DNA of 64,000 nt from NCBI RefSeq assembly GCF_006345805.1, contig NC_043005.1:64914001-64978000 (forward strand). Direction: 5' to 3'. Shown here piece by piece: positions 39,314 to 50,915 of the stretch (position 1 is its first letter; each line of letters opens with the position of its first letter). Position numbers and translations under genes: made by a program. Source of the stretch: Octopus sinensis. Its lineage: Eukaryota. The notes below the pieces were generated by a model. It saw only the letters and a program-made list of their open reading frames with translations, had not been told where the DNA came from and did not search any database.

Positions 39314-40198
39314 AGGAGGAGGTGCCTGAAGACTCCCAGGCCGGAGAAGATGGATAGCTGGATGGTGAGCATATTTTCTTTTCATCTCCTTGATATTTTT
39401 CTCTTTTTGGTATATGGAGTTAGAAAATTATATTCAGTTTAAAATAAAAATGCATCACGTTTTTTTTTTTTTATATATAGTCCGTGGTTATTGTCATCGT
39501 TCTCATAAATTGAGCTTATCGGTTATAAATTATGGACAGCACATTTTAACGGTAGCGAGATCCAACACTTAAAATTCTCGAGCTGAATCAAATATAAGTG
39601 AAATTTTGACAGTTTTCAAATTTATCTTAAACTCGTTTTGAAACATAAATAAAACTAGAATAACAGAAAGAAATTTTTTTTGAAGATAAATTTCTTACCT
39701 CTTGAGCTTAAACGCTGCATCTTGGCTGTTTTTTATAAGTGTATATATATTAAGAAGTTAATAATTCACAGTCATATACAAAATAAATTTGCAAACTGCT
39801 TCCAAGATAAATCCAATGTAAATTAAATAATTTATCCCTTGCGTTTCTATTTTTTTTGTTTTGACATTACGTTGTTCTTTTCGAATTCATACGCACGCGA
39901 GAAAGGTTCGTTGAAAAGAAAAATGCGCAGATAAAAATTTTGAGCGAATATGATAAATACTTCTATGGAAAAAATGTTCTATTGCCAATAATTCACATAA
40001 ACACACAACTATATTTCCTCACCACACTTACGCACACACACACAAACGTAAACGTATTCATTCAAATATATAAACACACACATGATGAACGCTTGCGTTG
40101 ATTTCGGCAAATATTAGTTTTCACCGTGATGCTGAAGAGAACAAGTTCTTCATTGAATTAGTGATTGAGCAGTTTACATATGAACATATTGATAAATC

Positions 40199-40250
<52 letters not shown>

Positions 40251-40251
<1 letters not shown>

Positions 40252-40340
40252 ACCCCCACTTTTTTTATCCTCCAAAAGAAAAGTTCTACCTTGTAATTTG
40301 TCCTGTCTGTGTGCAGCCCTGTGTGGCTAATAAAGAAACA

Positions 40341-40341
<1 letters not shown>
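40251..40341 (+). mobile_element. Short L1/Tx1-like 3' end embedded in (ATCT)n
   Basis: CAGCCCTGTGTGGCTAATAAAGAAACA followed by (TATC)n resembles the 3' end of the Tx1-like LINE near 57050 (CGCCCTGGTGGCGAATAAATGAAATC(ATC)n). (ATCT)n lies on both sides. Confidence 0.5.
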
Positions 40342-40410
<69 letters not shown>

Positions 40411-40646
40411 CCTACCTACCTACCTACCTGTCTGTCTGTCTATCTATCTATCTATCTGTCTGTTTGTCTGTCTGTCTATCTATCAATCTATCTATCTATC
40501 AATCTATCTATCTATCTGTCTGTGTGTGTCTGGGAAAGAGAGAGAGAGAGAGAGAGTAGGTAAATGTATGCTTATATATATATATGTATATAAATGTATA
40601 CATACACACACACATATATGATTGCACGTATACACACACATACACA

Positions 40647-41750
40647 CGAGGGTTTTACCGAAAGTACTCCTAACATTTTGTAAATTGTTGCTAGCATAAC
40701 CCTTTCCCTATAGAAAGATACTGCTCATGATAATCTCCATCAAAAGAGGAGCATTTGTGTCATCGTTGATCCTTACTAACTAATCTTCACGAACAAAATT
40801 CAGGTGGATAGTATTGTTGCCGATTTCACCTCACGCGTGTCATCAAACCATTGACCCTGTAAACTGTCCTTCATTGGACCGAACAGATAGAAGTCAAAGG
40901 GTTCTAGATCCCAGCTATTCAGTGGATAGAGCACCATTGACCAATACAATTTACCGATTGTCAGACTTGTCGAAGACTTGTGTAGTCTCGCGTTGTCAGA
41001 GTGAATGTAGATCGTTTTCGATCGTTGTTTAGTGTCTTTTTCCTAATGGATTCTCTATGATTCAAAAAAAAATTTTTGTGTATCAATGTACCGCTCATTG
41101 CTCACAGTACAACAAAGTTTTAGAAAACCAAGGAGAATGGCACACCTCACCTAAAAAAAAAAATGTATAGTCACCATTCATTTCTGTGCTGGTCGCTGGC
41201 TTTTGAACTTCTTAGGGTTAGGAGAATTGCAACTCAATTTCATGGACTGAACGTTTGTTTCTGGAACAGAAAGAAACGGCCCTGTCACCAGATTGGGGTA
41301 AAAATATATCTTTATTGGTGTCAAATACTAACAACCGATCAGAACAAATGAACAAACTTCCACCCTTTTCTCCTTCAAGCGGGTGTCAACTGCCGTGCTA
41401 CCACTTTCCACAAATCTTCGACACCCATAGTTATACCTCATAACATTATAACATAGGCCATTTGTGAAAACCATTTATACAGCATACTCAAGGATTGTGG
41501 CTCGTTTGTTCGCGTGAATTAATTCGTTCACTCGCTACTGATCCCTGTTGCAGTTGATTGTCTCCCACTGTGGTTGTCTTCAATGATGGCTTCCCTTTCT
41601 TCGAATTTCTTCCTTTATATGTGCTCGTTACTCTTGTCAATGTGCCATCTCCATAAACAAATTATAGCCTTCTGTAAATCTTGGACAACCTACATATCAC
41701 TTCCATCAAGAATACAATGCTAACACATTATTTCTTCTTGTAAATCATTA
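40647..41750 (-). mobile_element. Mariner-type transposon, decayed, near full length
   Basis: Minus-strand fragments IEDNHSGRQSTAT, KEKRVEVC, VTG..PETNVQSM..SPNPKKFKSQ, DNARLH and DLEPFDFYLFGPMKDSLQGQWFDD. TIR-like CGAGGGTTTTACCGAAAGT at 40647. Confidence 0.75.
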
Positions 41751-41989
41751 TTTGCCTGCACCGAAGAAAAATGGTCAAGAAGTGTTACTCAACCAGCATA
41801 TCAATTTGAACGTCATTTAATAAAAGAAGTTATTCCCGCTTTTCCATTACTGTAAGATACATCTACTAGAGATACTAGCACATTCAGCCACATGTTTATG
41901 ACTGTAGATTTCGACCAACAAGTCAAGTCGTCAGGTGGGGTCCAACTTCCCTAAGGCATTTCAACCCTAAACCAAAAGGTCCTCTAGTT

Positions 41990-43250
41990 AGAGAATCCTG
42001 GCTTCCCGTTCAACTCTTCCCACTTGCTCGAGAGCCAACAACATTCTTTTTATATTGTCTCCTTCAACCTGCAATCAACTGTCTTCATCTGCTTGACATT
42101 CTCAGAGATGTTAGCATCTTCCACATAGACTGGAGATATTTACCAGACTTCTTAGTGGTTTTCCGCTTCGAAGCTTCGCGACACCCATTTTCTCACAGAA
42201 AAGTCACTTCAATCCGAATTATCTTCTTCCCTTCCTCAGTCCATATTGCAATGTTAGGTCTCAGAGATGTTTGAAGAACCTGGCGAAACTGAAGTTTCCT
42301 TACCGTGTTCACCTTCATCTCTCGTATCTATGCTGTCTGTGAGAGGCTCTTTGTTCGAGACTGGTTTGTTCCCTTCTACGACGGGCTTAGCATTTTTGTC
42401 CATCTTCAGTTCCAAGATTTCAGCCAGTACTCTAAAGACTGTAACATAGTGACATCTATATCTTCGTTACACCGTGAATCCTGTAAAGAGTCGTTGGCAT
42501 TGACTGCCATGCACTGATGGTAGGAGAAAAGAGATACGAAGGACTCCAATATTCAGTTGATTGAGCAGATTTCATTTGGTCCAGCTTCAGTTTTCTAGTT
42601 CAGGCATCCATCTGCATGTTTCTTGGTCAGTAAGGTAGGATTCCACATCCCTAGGTATTTTATTGAATTCTCCCCCATGGATGGTATAACCCCAATTTGA
42701 ATTGCTAGTCACTTTCCAACTGATCGTTATTTTGCTTGGCTTCTTCAGCTTAAGTTTCATCCGATCACACGTTGTTACATCATCTCCTACTTTCAGGCAC
42801 CTCTTTGTCTGCACATAGATTGAAGGAGTTCGATCATTCACGGATACTCTTAATGGCGGTGAGCAGTTTCCAGATGCTGTCATCTGCTTTCTGGATTCCT
42901 TCTCAGCTGCTGTTATGATCAGATTCATTCTCGTGATAAACAAGATAGAGGAGATGGTTTTTGAAAACTTTTCTTTTAAGTTTTGAGAACTTTTCTTTTA
43001 GGTTCTCTCCTTTGAGTTGTGAAATGTGCAGCGTTGAAATCCAACTTGAATCCAGGAAAGTAGCTGATGATCATTATCATGATGTGTACAGCAATATGAT
43101 AGTATTCTATAGCTGCACTGATAAGGTCGTGAAGGTTTGAGCCGTACGCAATAGCCTTGTTGAAACAGACTACTGCTAGATTGGGTTTTCTCTTCTTGGC
43201 CTCCCCGATAAGTTAATTTAGTACAACTGTATGTTGCAAACACGCAGAAA
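41990..43250 (-). pseudogene. Non-LTR retrotransposon with a C-terminal restriction-like endonuclease (HERO/NeSL/R2-type), 3' part
   Basis: RISFLLPSVH, RRYRCHYVTVFRVLAEILE (+42412-42466) and LRPNIAIWTEEGKKIIRIEVT (+42203-42265) match the GRY.WRH..VL and LRPD.V.W....IELT motifs. The RT core is absent. Confidence 0.65.
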
Positions 43251-43389
43251 AACCCGCATTATCAGTCTTATAAGTAGATGTATCAATATATGTACTTTGC
43301 TAGGAATGAAAACATAGATTTTGCCTTCGGCAATTAGGAGAGGCATATTTCTGTTCTGTTTGATCTCAGGGATTTGCTTCTTTCGGTTA

Positions 43390-44380
43390 AAACTGGCTTC
43401 AACCCGCCTCTATAGTCTTTTGCATCTATTCGCTGCATAAACTATCGTACTTATGACTCACGTAGGTAGAACAATTTTGCCTTGATAGATACGTATTTCC
43501 CAGATAACCTTAGCTATAAGAACATTTTTAAAAGACGTTCCAAGAATGTTTCATACAGATGCTGTCTCAAAATGAAAGATATATTATCACACGTAAACAT
43601 GTACTCCAAAATGTAACTGTAGATCCAAAGACACTTGCCCACTCGACCAGGCATGAATGGTTAGCATAACGGTTTACGAAGATGAGGCTGCTACAATTCT
43701 CCGAAATAATAGCGAAACTCAAAAGTAAAGGCATATTGATATATGCGAAAGTGACTTTAAAAAATATACCAACCATCAGTCTTTTTTCCGACACGTAGAC
43801 AAGAAAATGACAAAGTTAGCTATCCATATCTGGAACCTGAAAGATATCACTGCCCTGCTCAACATCAAGCGAAGTGCCGTGAAACATTCCATGCCATATG
43901 TTGATGGGTCAAAGAGGTGCAAGCTTTGTGTGCCCAAAATATCTCGTATTCCTTTAAATCTAAGAATTCTACCGACCTACTGAATACTAGATGCGAAATT
44001 TTCATTTTCAGCTGGATAAGTTTCTATTATTGAACTGGTAAACACCACTTTCTCCAGATTAAACATACCGTCTCAGAAACTAACCTTTCCCTGTTGAATT
44101 AACTACATCGGCCATATGAATTCTCATTCTAACTGGTCAAAGGGCTGCAACTTTTATTTTCGTCCAACTCTATGATTCTTGTTTTTTGTTTGTTTGTTTC
44201 TTTCTTTTTCATTTTTTCTTCTTCATTCCTCTCCTTTCTACTTCTTTCTTGCATTTTGAGCCTAAATTATTGCCTGAAAATACACGGCATGCTATACAAG
44301 CTCCTCTGACGACTGTATTATAAGAGGTATAAAACTATAAGCAGCTCGCATTTAAATCCTTTGTATACTAAATTACATAC
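43390..44380 (+). mobile_element. Naiad-like Penelope element, 3' part (linker, Zn finger, GIY-YIG, 3' UTR), decayed
   Basis: WFNPP..VGRTIL/LIDTYFP..KNIFKRRSKNVSYRCC..KCNCRSKDTCPLDQA*MVSITVYE..ICESDFKKYTNHQSFFRH..LAIHIWNLKD..PYVDGSKRCKLC. Confidence 0.75.
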
Positions 44381-44586
44381 ATACATTAAATACCAATCTT
44401 GATAATTTAGACTTCTCAAAACCAGAAAGGAGAAAGCTAATTCGAAGACTACAGATCCAATCCATCAGTGGAACTGTAAAAATCTGTAAAACTTATCAGA
44501 AGTTTATCATTTCAATATATATGAGCATGTTTAAATGTGTAACTATATACATGAGAATACATACATAAAACATACAGATCTGCACA

Positions 44587-44654
44587 TACATATATACATG
44601 CATACATACATACATACATACATGCATACATACATACATACATACATACATACA

Positions 44655-44687
<33 letters not shown>

Positions 44688-45047
44688 GCATGCATACATA
44701 CATATATACATACGTACATACCTATATACATACATACAAACAAAAATACCCTGTTGTTGATGTTAAAATTCTAGTGAAGGAACCTTAGATCTAGGTTAGA
44801 AACCGGTTCTTGCTCTATTGACAAGAACTCTTGAAATAAACAGAATAATGGCATGTATACATATATGCACACACACACACGCGCGCGTACATACATACAT
44901 ACATACATTCATTCATACATACATACATACATACATACATACATACATACATACATACATACATACATACACACATACACACATACATACATACATACAT
45001 ACATACATACATACATACATACATACATACATACATACATACATACA
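44587..45047. repeat. (CATA)n microsatellites (44587-44738 and 44888-45047)
   Basis: Read directly. Confidence 0.95.
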
Positions 45048-45744
45048 AACGTACATGCATAGTTGTGAGGTTGGTGAAATGAGCAGATGAAACGAAGCTC
45101 AATTCACGAATACGTCTATATTTTTATTTAACTGTAAAATTACATAAGGGATAAAAGACAGATTATTCCGTGCATTACACCCATGAAAATAAATCTCTCC
45201 TTACAGAAATATAATTTTTCTGAAATGTTAGTTCAAACGTATCATCGAAAAACTACATAAAAATTTAATATTTCAAAATCTGCCCCAGTAAATAAAAGAA
45301 AGGATGAAAATGGAACAAAATGTAGGGAAATGAAGCTGTGTAAACATATTGATAAGAAATATACGCAACATAATAAAACAATAAAAGCTCGGAGAAAATA
45401 TTTAACTGTATACATTAATACATAATATATCCCTATCATGGAATGCAAGCATAGATATGTGTCGGTGTGCATACAAATAGACATACGTACATGTGCAGAT
45501 GCAAATATACTGTCGCAAGAGGCAGAAAGAAGAACAACTCCGCCCAACTCGCTATTTCACCGGAAACTGTACAGAAAAGAAGCCCAATCACACTGAAAGG
45601 CGGTACCCCACCATGGCTTCAACCTCTCTCTCAAACAGGGTAGAAGATAAAAGGTAAAAATACAACTCCCTGCACATACACATGCTTACAAAACAATTGT
45701 CCATGCATACACATATAACTGCGCACAGACATATATAAGCATAT

Positions 45745-46129
45745 GGGATATGGAAGCACTCCGTCGGTTACGACGATGAGGGTTCCGGTTGATCCCAATC
45801 AACGGAACAGCCTGCTCGTAAAATTAACGTGTAAGTGGCTGAGCACTCCACAGACACGTGTACCCTTGACGTAGTTCTCGGGGATATTCAGCGTGACACA
45901 GAGAGTGACAAGGCCGGCCCTTTGAAATACAGGTACAACAGAAACAGGAAGTAAGAGAAAGTTGTGGTGAAAGAGTACAGCAGGGATCACTACCACCCCC
46001 TGCCGGAGCCTCGTGGAGCTTTAGGTGTTTTCGCTCAATAAACACTCATAACGCCCGGTCTGGGAATCGAAACCGCGATCCTATGACCGCGAGTCCGCTG
46101 CCCTAACCACTGGGCCATTGCGCCTCCAC
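45745..46129 (-). mobile_element. tRNA-derived SINE family E, full length, with a 12-bp TSD
   Basis: Head GGAGGCGCAATGGCCCAGTGGTTAGG..GGTTTCGATTCCC. ATATAAGCATAT is duplicated at 45733-44 and 46130-41. Confidence 0.9.
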
Positions 46130-46801
46130 ATATAAGCATATACACATATACACATAAATTCCCGTATGCGTGTATACATTTATATAGATATAGATATATG
46201 CTTATACACATGTATAGGAAATAGAAATATATTCCACACAAGTCGAGAAATATAGAAGAAATTGTAAGAAGCGCGTTTTCCCTTCTGTATTGCAATGAAT
46301 TAATTTCAAAGTATATGTCAAGTCAAATCATTTCAAAATGCCATTAAAATGTATTGAAAAAGATGATTAAATCAAATTAGTTCAAAATACATTACGTATA
46401 CCATAATGCGTATACCGTAATACCATATTTTTTTCAAAAGACTTTATTTCATATTCCAAAATATCATATATTCAGAATATATCAATAAAATCAAAACATT
46501 ATCAAAATTACTGATTCGAAAGTACATTCAAATCATTTCAAAATGTCTCCTCAAACACCATAATTAAAACAAAAATACATCAAGCTCATAATTTCAAACC
46601 GGTTTCACTTCTTACAGAAGGTATTCATTGCAGTGTAGATGCGTAATGAATTATTGCAAGCCTTCATTTAACATATAGTGCGTTTACTGAAAGTATCCTC
46701 GTTATAAACTCACTTGGTAACAAATCAGGCAATATTGTATATGTGAATAGATTCAAATTAAGTAATCTTTTATAATGGCAAATATCAAAAAATACTGAGG
46801 T

Positions 46802-47113
46802 TACTGAGTATGACGAAAATGATGTCGAATTAACGTTATCTCCAAGCGAGAATGGTGTGAAGTTCTCTCCCCGCTTAATATATATATAGAGAGTGCAAAG
46901 CGCACTTAATAACCAGCTGGAGAAGACGTTCTTCTGTGGTTAAAATAGCAGTATCGTCTGTTCTTGCAGAACACCCAGGTTTTGGTGGCGATAAACATTA
47001 CTTCTCAATATAAATACTGCTTTTGTCCCTGATAGCGATTTTCTTAACGAGCTAGTTTGCAATAAACCAAGTATAAATTATTAATTAAATTCTAACATAT
47101 TTACAATACAATT

Positions 47114-47183
<70 letters not shown>

Positions 47184-47627
47184 ATATATGAGAAATTGTA
47201 TTGGAAATATGTTAGAATTTGATTAATAATTTATACTTGGTTTAAATTCTAACATATTTCCAATACAATTTCTCATATATATATATTATATATATATTAT
47301 GAGAAATTGTATTGGAAATATGTTAGAATTTAATTAATAATTTATACTTGGTTTATTGCAAACTAGCTCGTTAAGAAAATCTCTATCAGGGACAAAAGCA
47401 GTATTTATATTGAGAAGTAACGTTTATCGCCACCAAAACCTGGGTGTTCTGCAAGAACAGACGATACTGCTATTTTAACCACAGAAGGACGCTTTCTCCA
47501 GCTGGTTATTAAATGCGCTTTGCACTATATATATATATATATATATATATATTAAGCGGGGAGAGAACTTCACACTATTCTCGCTTGGAGATAACGTTAA
47601 TTCGACATCATTTTCGTCATACTCAGT
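46802..47627. repeat. Large compound inverted duplication (~315-bp arms) around (TA)n and a nested small foldback
   Basis: 46802-47118 mirrors 47297-47627 with about 8 substitutions. The centre holds (TA)n plus two extra partial arm copies in alternating orientation (47188-47243 and 47244-47280). Confidence 0.9.
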
Positions 47628-47796
47628 GATGGATACTCATCATCCAGACATAGCGGTGGTTTAACCCAGCTTGCAATATATATACATATACATATATACA
47701 CATATGTATGCATATGTATTCGTGTATATATAATTATACATATGTATACATATATGTATACATATGTATACGTGTATACATGTATACACTGTAGCT

Positions 47797-48932
47797 ACTT
47801 CCTCGTATGTGAGGAAAGACATTGCTAGAAAGAATCATTGAAATAAGTTATTGATGATACGATTTGAGGCATTTGTATGACTCAAAACAACGCTTATTAA
47901 AAGACAATATCCACTCTCACTTATCGACGAGGGAATTAAACGTGCCAAACAATTAGACACAAAAACACTAAGAACAACAAAGCATAACACCACACCTCAG
48001 CTCAAAACATTACTATTTATATCAACACCCAACCCCAGAAACAGTGAGGCATTCAACACTGAAAATACACAAACTCATCAAATGCAAAAAACAAGACAAA
48101 TCGCTAAAGAGACTACTAACAAATACGAAGCTTTACAAAACAACCACGAAACCAACGGTTGAAAAATGTGGACGCCCAAACTGTGGAACCTGCCCCAATC
48201 TGCTTGAAGGCTCGGATTTCCTTTTCAAACAAGGACAGAGGTTCACAATTAAAACTAGCTTCACTCGTGCCTCTGAGAAGCTAATTTATGTAATAACATG
48301 CTCGGGTTGCGGACACAACTATATTGGACAAACGAGTATGTCCTTGAGAAAGAGAACCACTCTACATCCGTTTCCCGCAATACAGACAAATTCCTCTCAG
48401 TGATCATATAGAAAAATGTGCAGATAACATCATACCAAATTTCACAGTCTTCTCCTACCTGTACAAAGACAAAATCTCTCCACTAGAACGTTTAAATTAA
48501 GAAACTATTTCCATTGAAAAATACAGAACACGTCTTAATATGCACGCATGACCAACTTTTATCTTTTTACATATTTCAATTCACGATTACATCACTGTGC
48601 ATATATCCCCTCATTAAACAAGGTTTTCGAAATTTGTCTTTGTCTGTACATATATATTCCCCTCCTATTACCGAAAGCTGAACAGTTATCTCCTTTACCC
48701 ACATCAATAACAATAGTAACGATAACTAATTACCTCCCTTTATTTATCTACTTGTGAAGTCATTCACTCGTGAATTTCATCACACACAACAAAGACAAAA
48801 TTTCTTCTTAAGAAAAAATATATATTCAAATAAGTAAAACATAATATCATGAATAGCGATAGCGAAACCGGTCGATATATTAAAAATTATATTAAAACTA
48901 GGTAAGTGTGCGTATTTCCTTTTTAATTTCTT
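47797..48932 (+). mobile_element. Penelope-like element (Neptune-like), 5' truncated: RT end, Cys-rich linker, GIY-YIG and 3' terminal region
   Basis: KQRLLKRQYPLSLIDEGIKRAKQL..CGRPNCGTCPNL..LIYVITCSGCGHNYIGQTSMSLRKR..LSDHIEKC, with frameshifts; ends at (TA)n. Confidence 0.85.
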
Positions 48933-48996
48933 ATATATATATTAAAACTTACAACGTGGGGATAATCGAAATTCCTCTTTTCTGTTACTACCATAT

Positions 48997-49037
<41 letters not shown>

Positions 49038-49077
49038 TATATATATATATATAATATATTATATATAATATATATAT

Positions 49078-49119
<42 letters not shown>

Positions 49120-49133
49120 ATATATATATATAT

Positions 49134-50915
49134 CATCTCAAACCGGCTGACAAGGTGGAGCTGTGGTGGTGTGGCACGGGGACCTCTACAGGGCCGAGGC
49201 GCTCCGCCAACTCAATGACACCTCCTTCTACTCCCCTTTGTCCTCTAACTCCACGCGTAGCTACCAACAGACGGTATCCTCTACTGTGCACGACCTCATC
49301 TCGTCCTCCCGTCTCCCCCACACCGCATCCAACCTCATTGTGCGAACTCCACGCACCCCACCATTTACTTCCTCCCCAAAATCCACAAACCCAACAACCC
49401 TGACCGCCCCATCGTCTCCGCCTGTAACTGCCCCACGGAGCTCATCTCAAAATACCTCGACCGTGTCCTTGCCCCCGTAGTGGCGTCTCTTCCCTCCAAC
49501 ATCCACGACACCAACCATGCTCTCCGGCTTTTCAACTCTTTCTCCTTTCCTCCCGGCTCCTCCAAAATACTTTTTACAATGGACATCGAAAGCCTCTATA
49601 CCGTCATCCCTTACCACGAAGGACTGCGGGCACTTCAACACTTTCTCGACCTCCACCCCAACCCCGAACCCGACACCACACTCATTCGTCTGGCCGAACT
49701 TGTCCTTTCTCTTAACTGCTTCTCGTTCCCGGGCGAGTTCTACCAACGAATCTGGGGAGTGGCCATGGGAACACGAATGGGCCCCAACTATGCGAACCTG
49801 TTCGTTGGCTATGTTGAGGCCCAAATATTCTCTAGTTCACTGATCCCACTCCCGAACTATACGGTCGTTACATTGACGACATTATCGGTGCCACCTCACT
49901 CTCCCATGAACATCTAGATTCCTTCCTCTCTTTCGTTCAATCCTTCCATCCTGCCCTCCACTTCACCTCCACTATCTCCAACACCTCTGTCTCCTTCCTC
50001 GGCATTTCGGTCAGCATTCATCACTCCACTCTTACCACCTCCATTCACTACAAACACACAGACTCACACTCATACCTCAACTTCTCTTCCTCCCACCCAA
50101 AAGACACCAAGCTTTCCATCCCCTATTCCCAATTCCTCCGTCTACGCAGACTCTATAGTGACGACCATGACTTTGAGACTCAGTCTCAACTCATGGCTCG
50201 CCACTTCATCCTACGTGGATAACCCCTCACCACTATCCACACAACCCTTGCCAGAGCACGTTCCGTAGACCGTGCATCTGCTCTCTCCCCCCGAACCCAC
50301 CCTGTAGTCTCCCGCCTCCCTTTTCCCCTCACTTACCACCCCACGACCCTACCTCTCCAACGCACCATTCTTCGAGCTTTCTGGCATCTCCAGTCCGATC
50401 CATCCACTTCACACCTCTTCCCTAACCGACCCCTCCCCTCCTTCAAACGAGCCCATAACCTACGAGACCTCACGGTCCACAGCTCCTTCCCTGACCCTAC
50501 CTCCCATCCTGGCTCGTTCCCCTGCTCCCGCCCACGTTGCCGCACTTGCCCTTACCTCTCCAACACCACCCTCCTCATTGGAACCCATCATCGACCCTAT
50601 CGCATCATCAACTCCTTCACCTGCACCTCCAGTAATATCATCTGTTGCATCTCCTGCTCTCTCTGCCATTCCCTGTACATCGGACAAACGCTTGGCTGAC
50701 CGGTTCGCGGAACACCTCCGTGACATCCGCCTTGCCAACGACACACCGGTCTCACGCCATTTCCGCTCCACCGGTCACTCCTTGCAACACCTGTCTGTGT
50801 TCGGATTGTCCTTGCACAGAGGCCATCCGGATTCTCGTTTGCGCCGTGAACAGGATTTAATCTTCTCTCTTCGCTCCTTCACGCCATTTGGTCTCAACTC
50901 TCCCCCTTCTCATCT
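49134..50915 (+). pseudogene. Penelope-type reverse transcriptase / GIY-YIG endonuclease ORF with several frameshifts and a stop
   Basis: The track ORFs 49163-49480, 49480-49917 and 50578-51558 are successive frames of one RT-endonuclease protein. Confidence 0.9.

Noticed and set aside
44030-44380. Possible SECIS element downstream of the Naiad-like ORF (ATGAA at ~44126)
   Set aside because: I could not draw the required stem and 3' GA quartet by eye; a SECISearch run is needed.
47590-47650. Minus-strand ATGATGA..GAC-GAAA string at the foldback end
   Set aside because: Core mismatch, and neither stem I nor stem III pairs.
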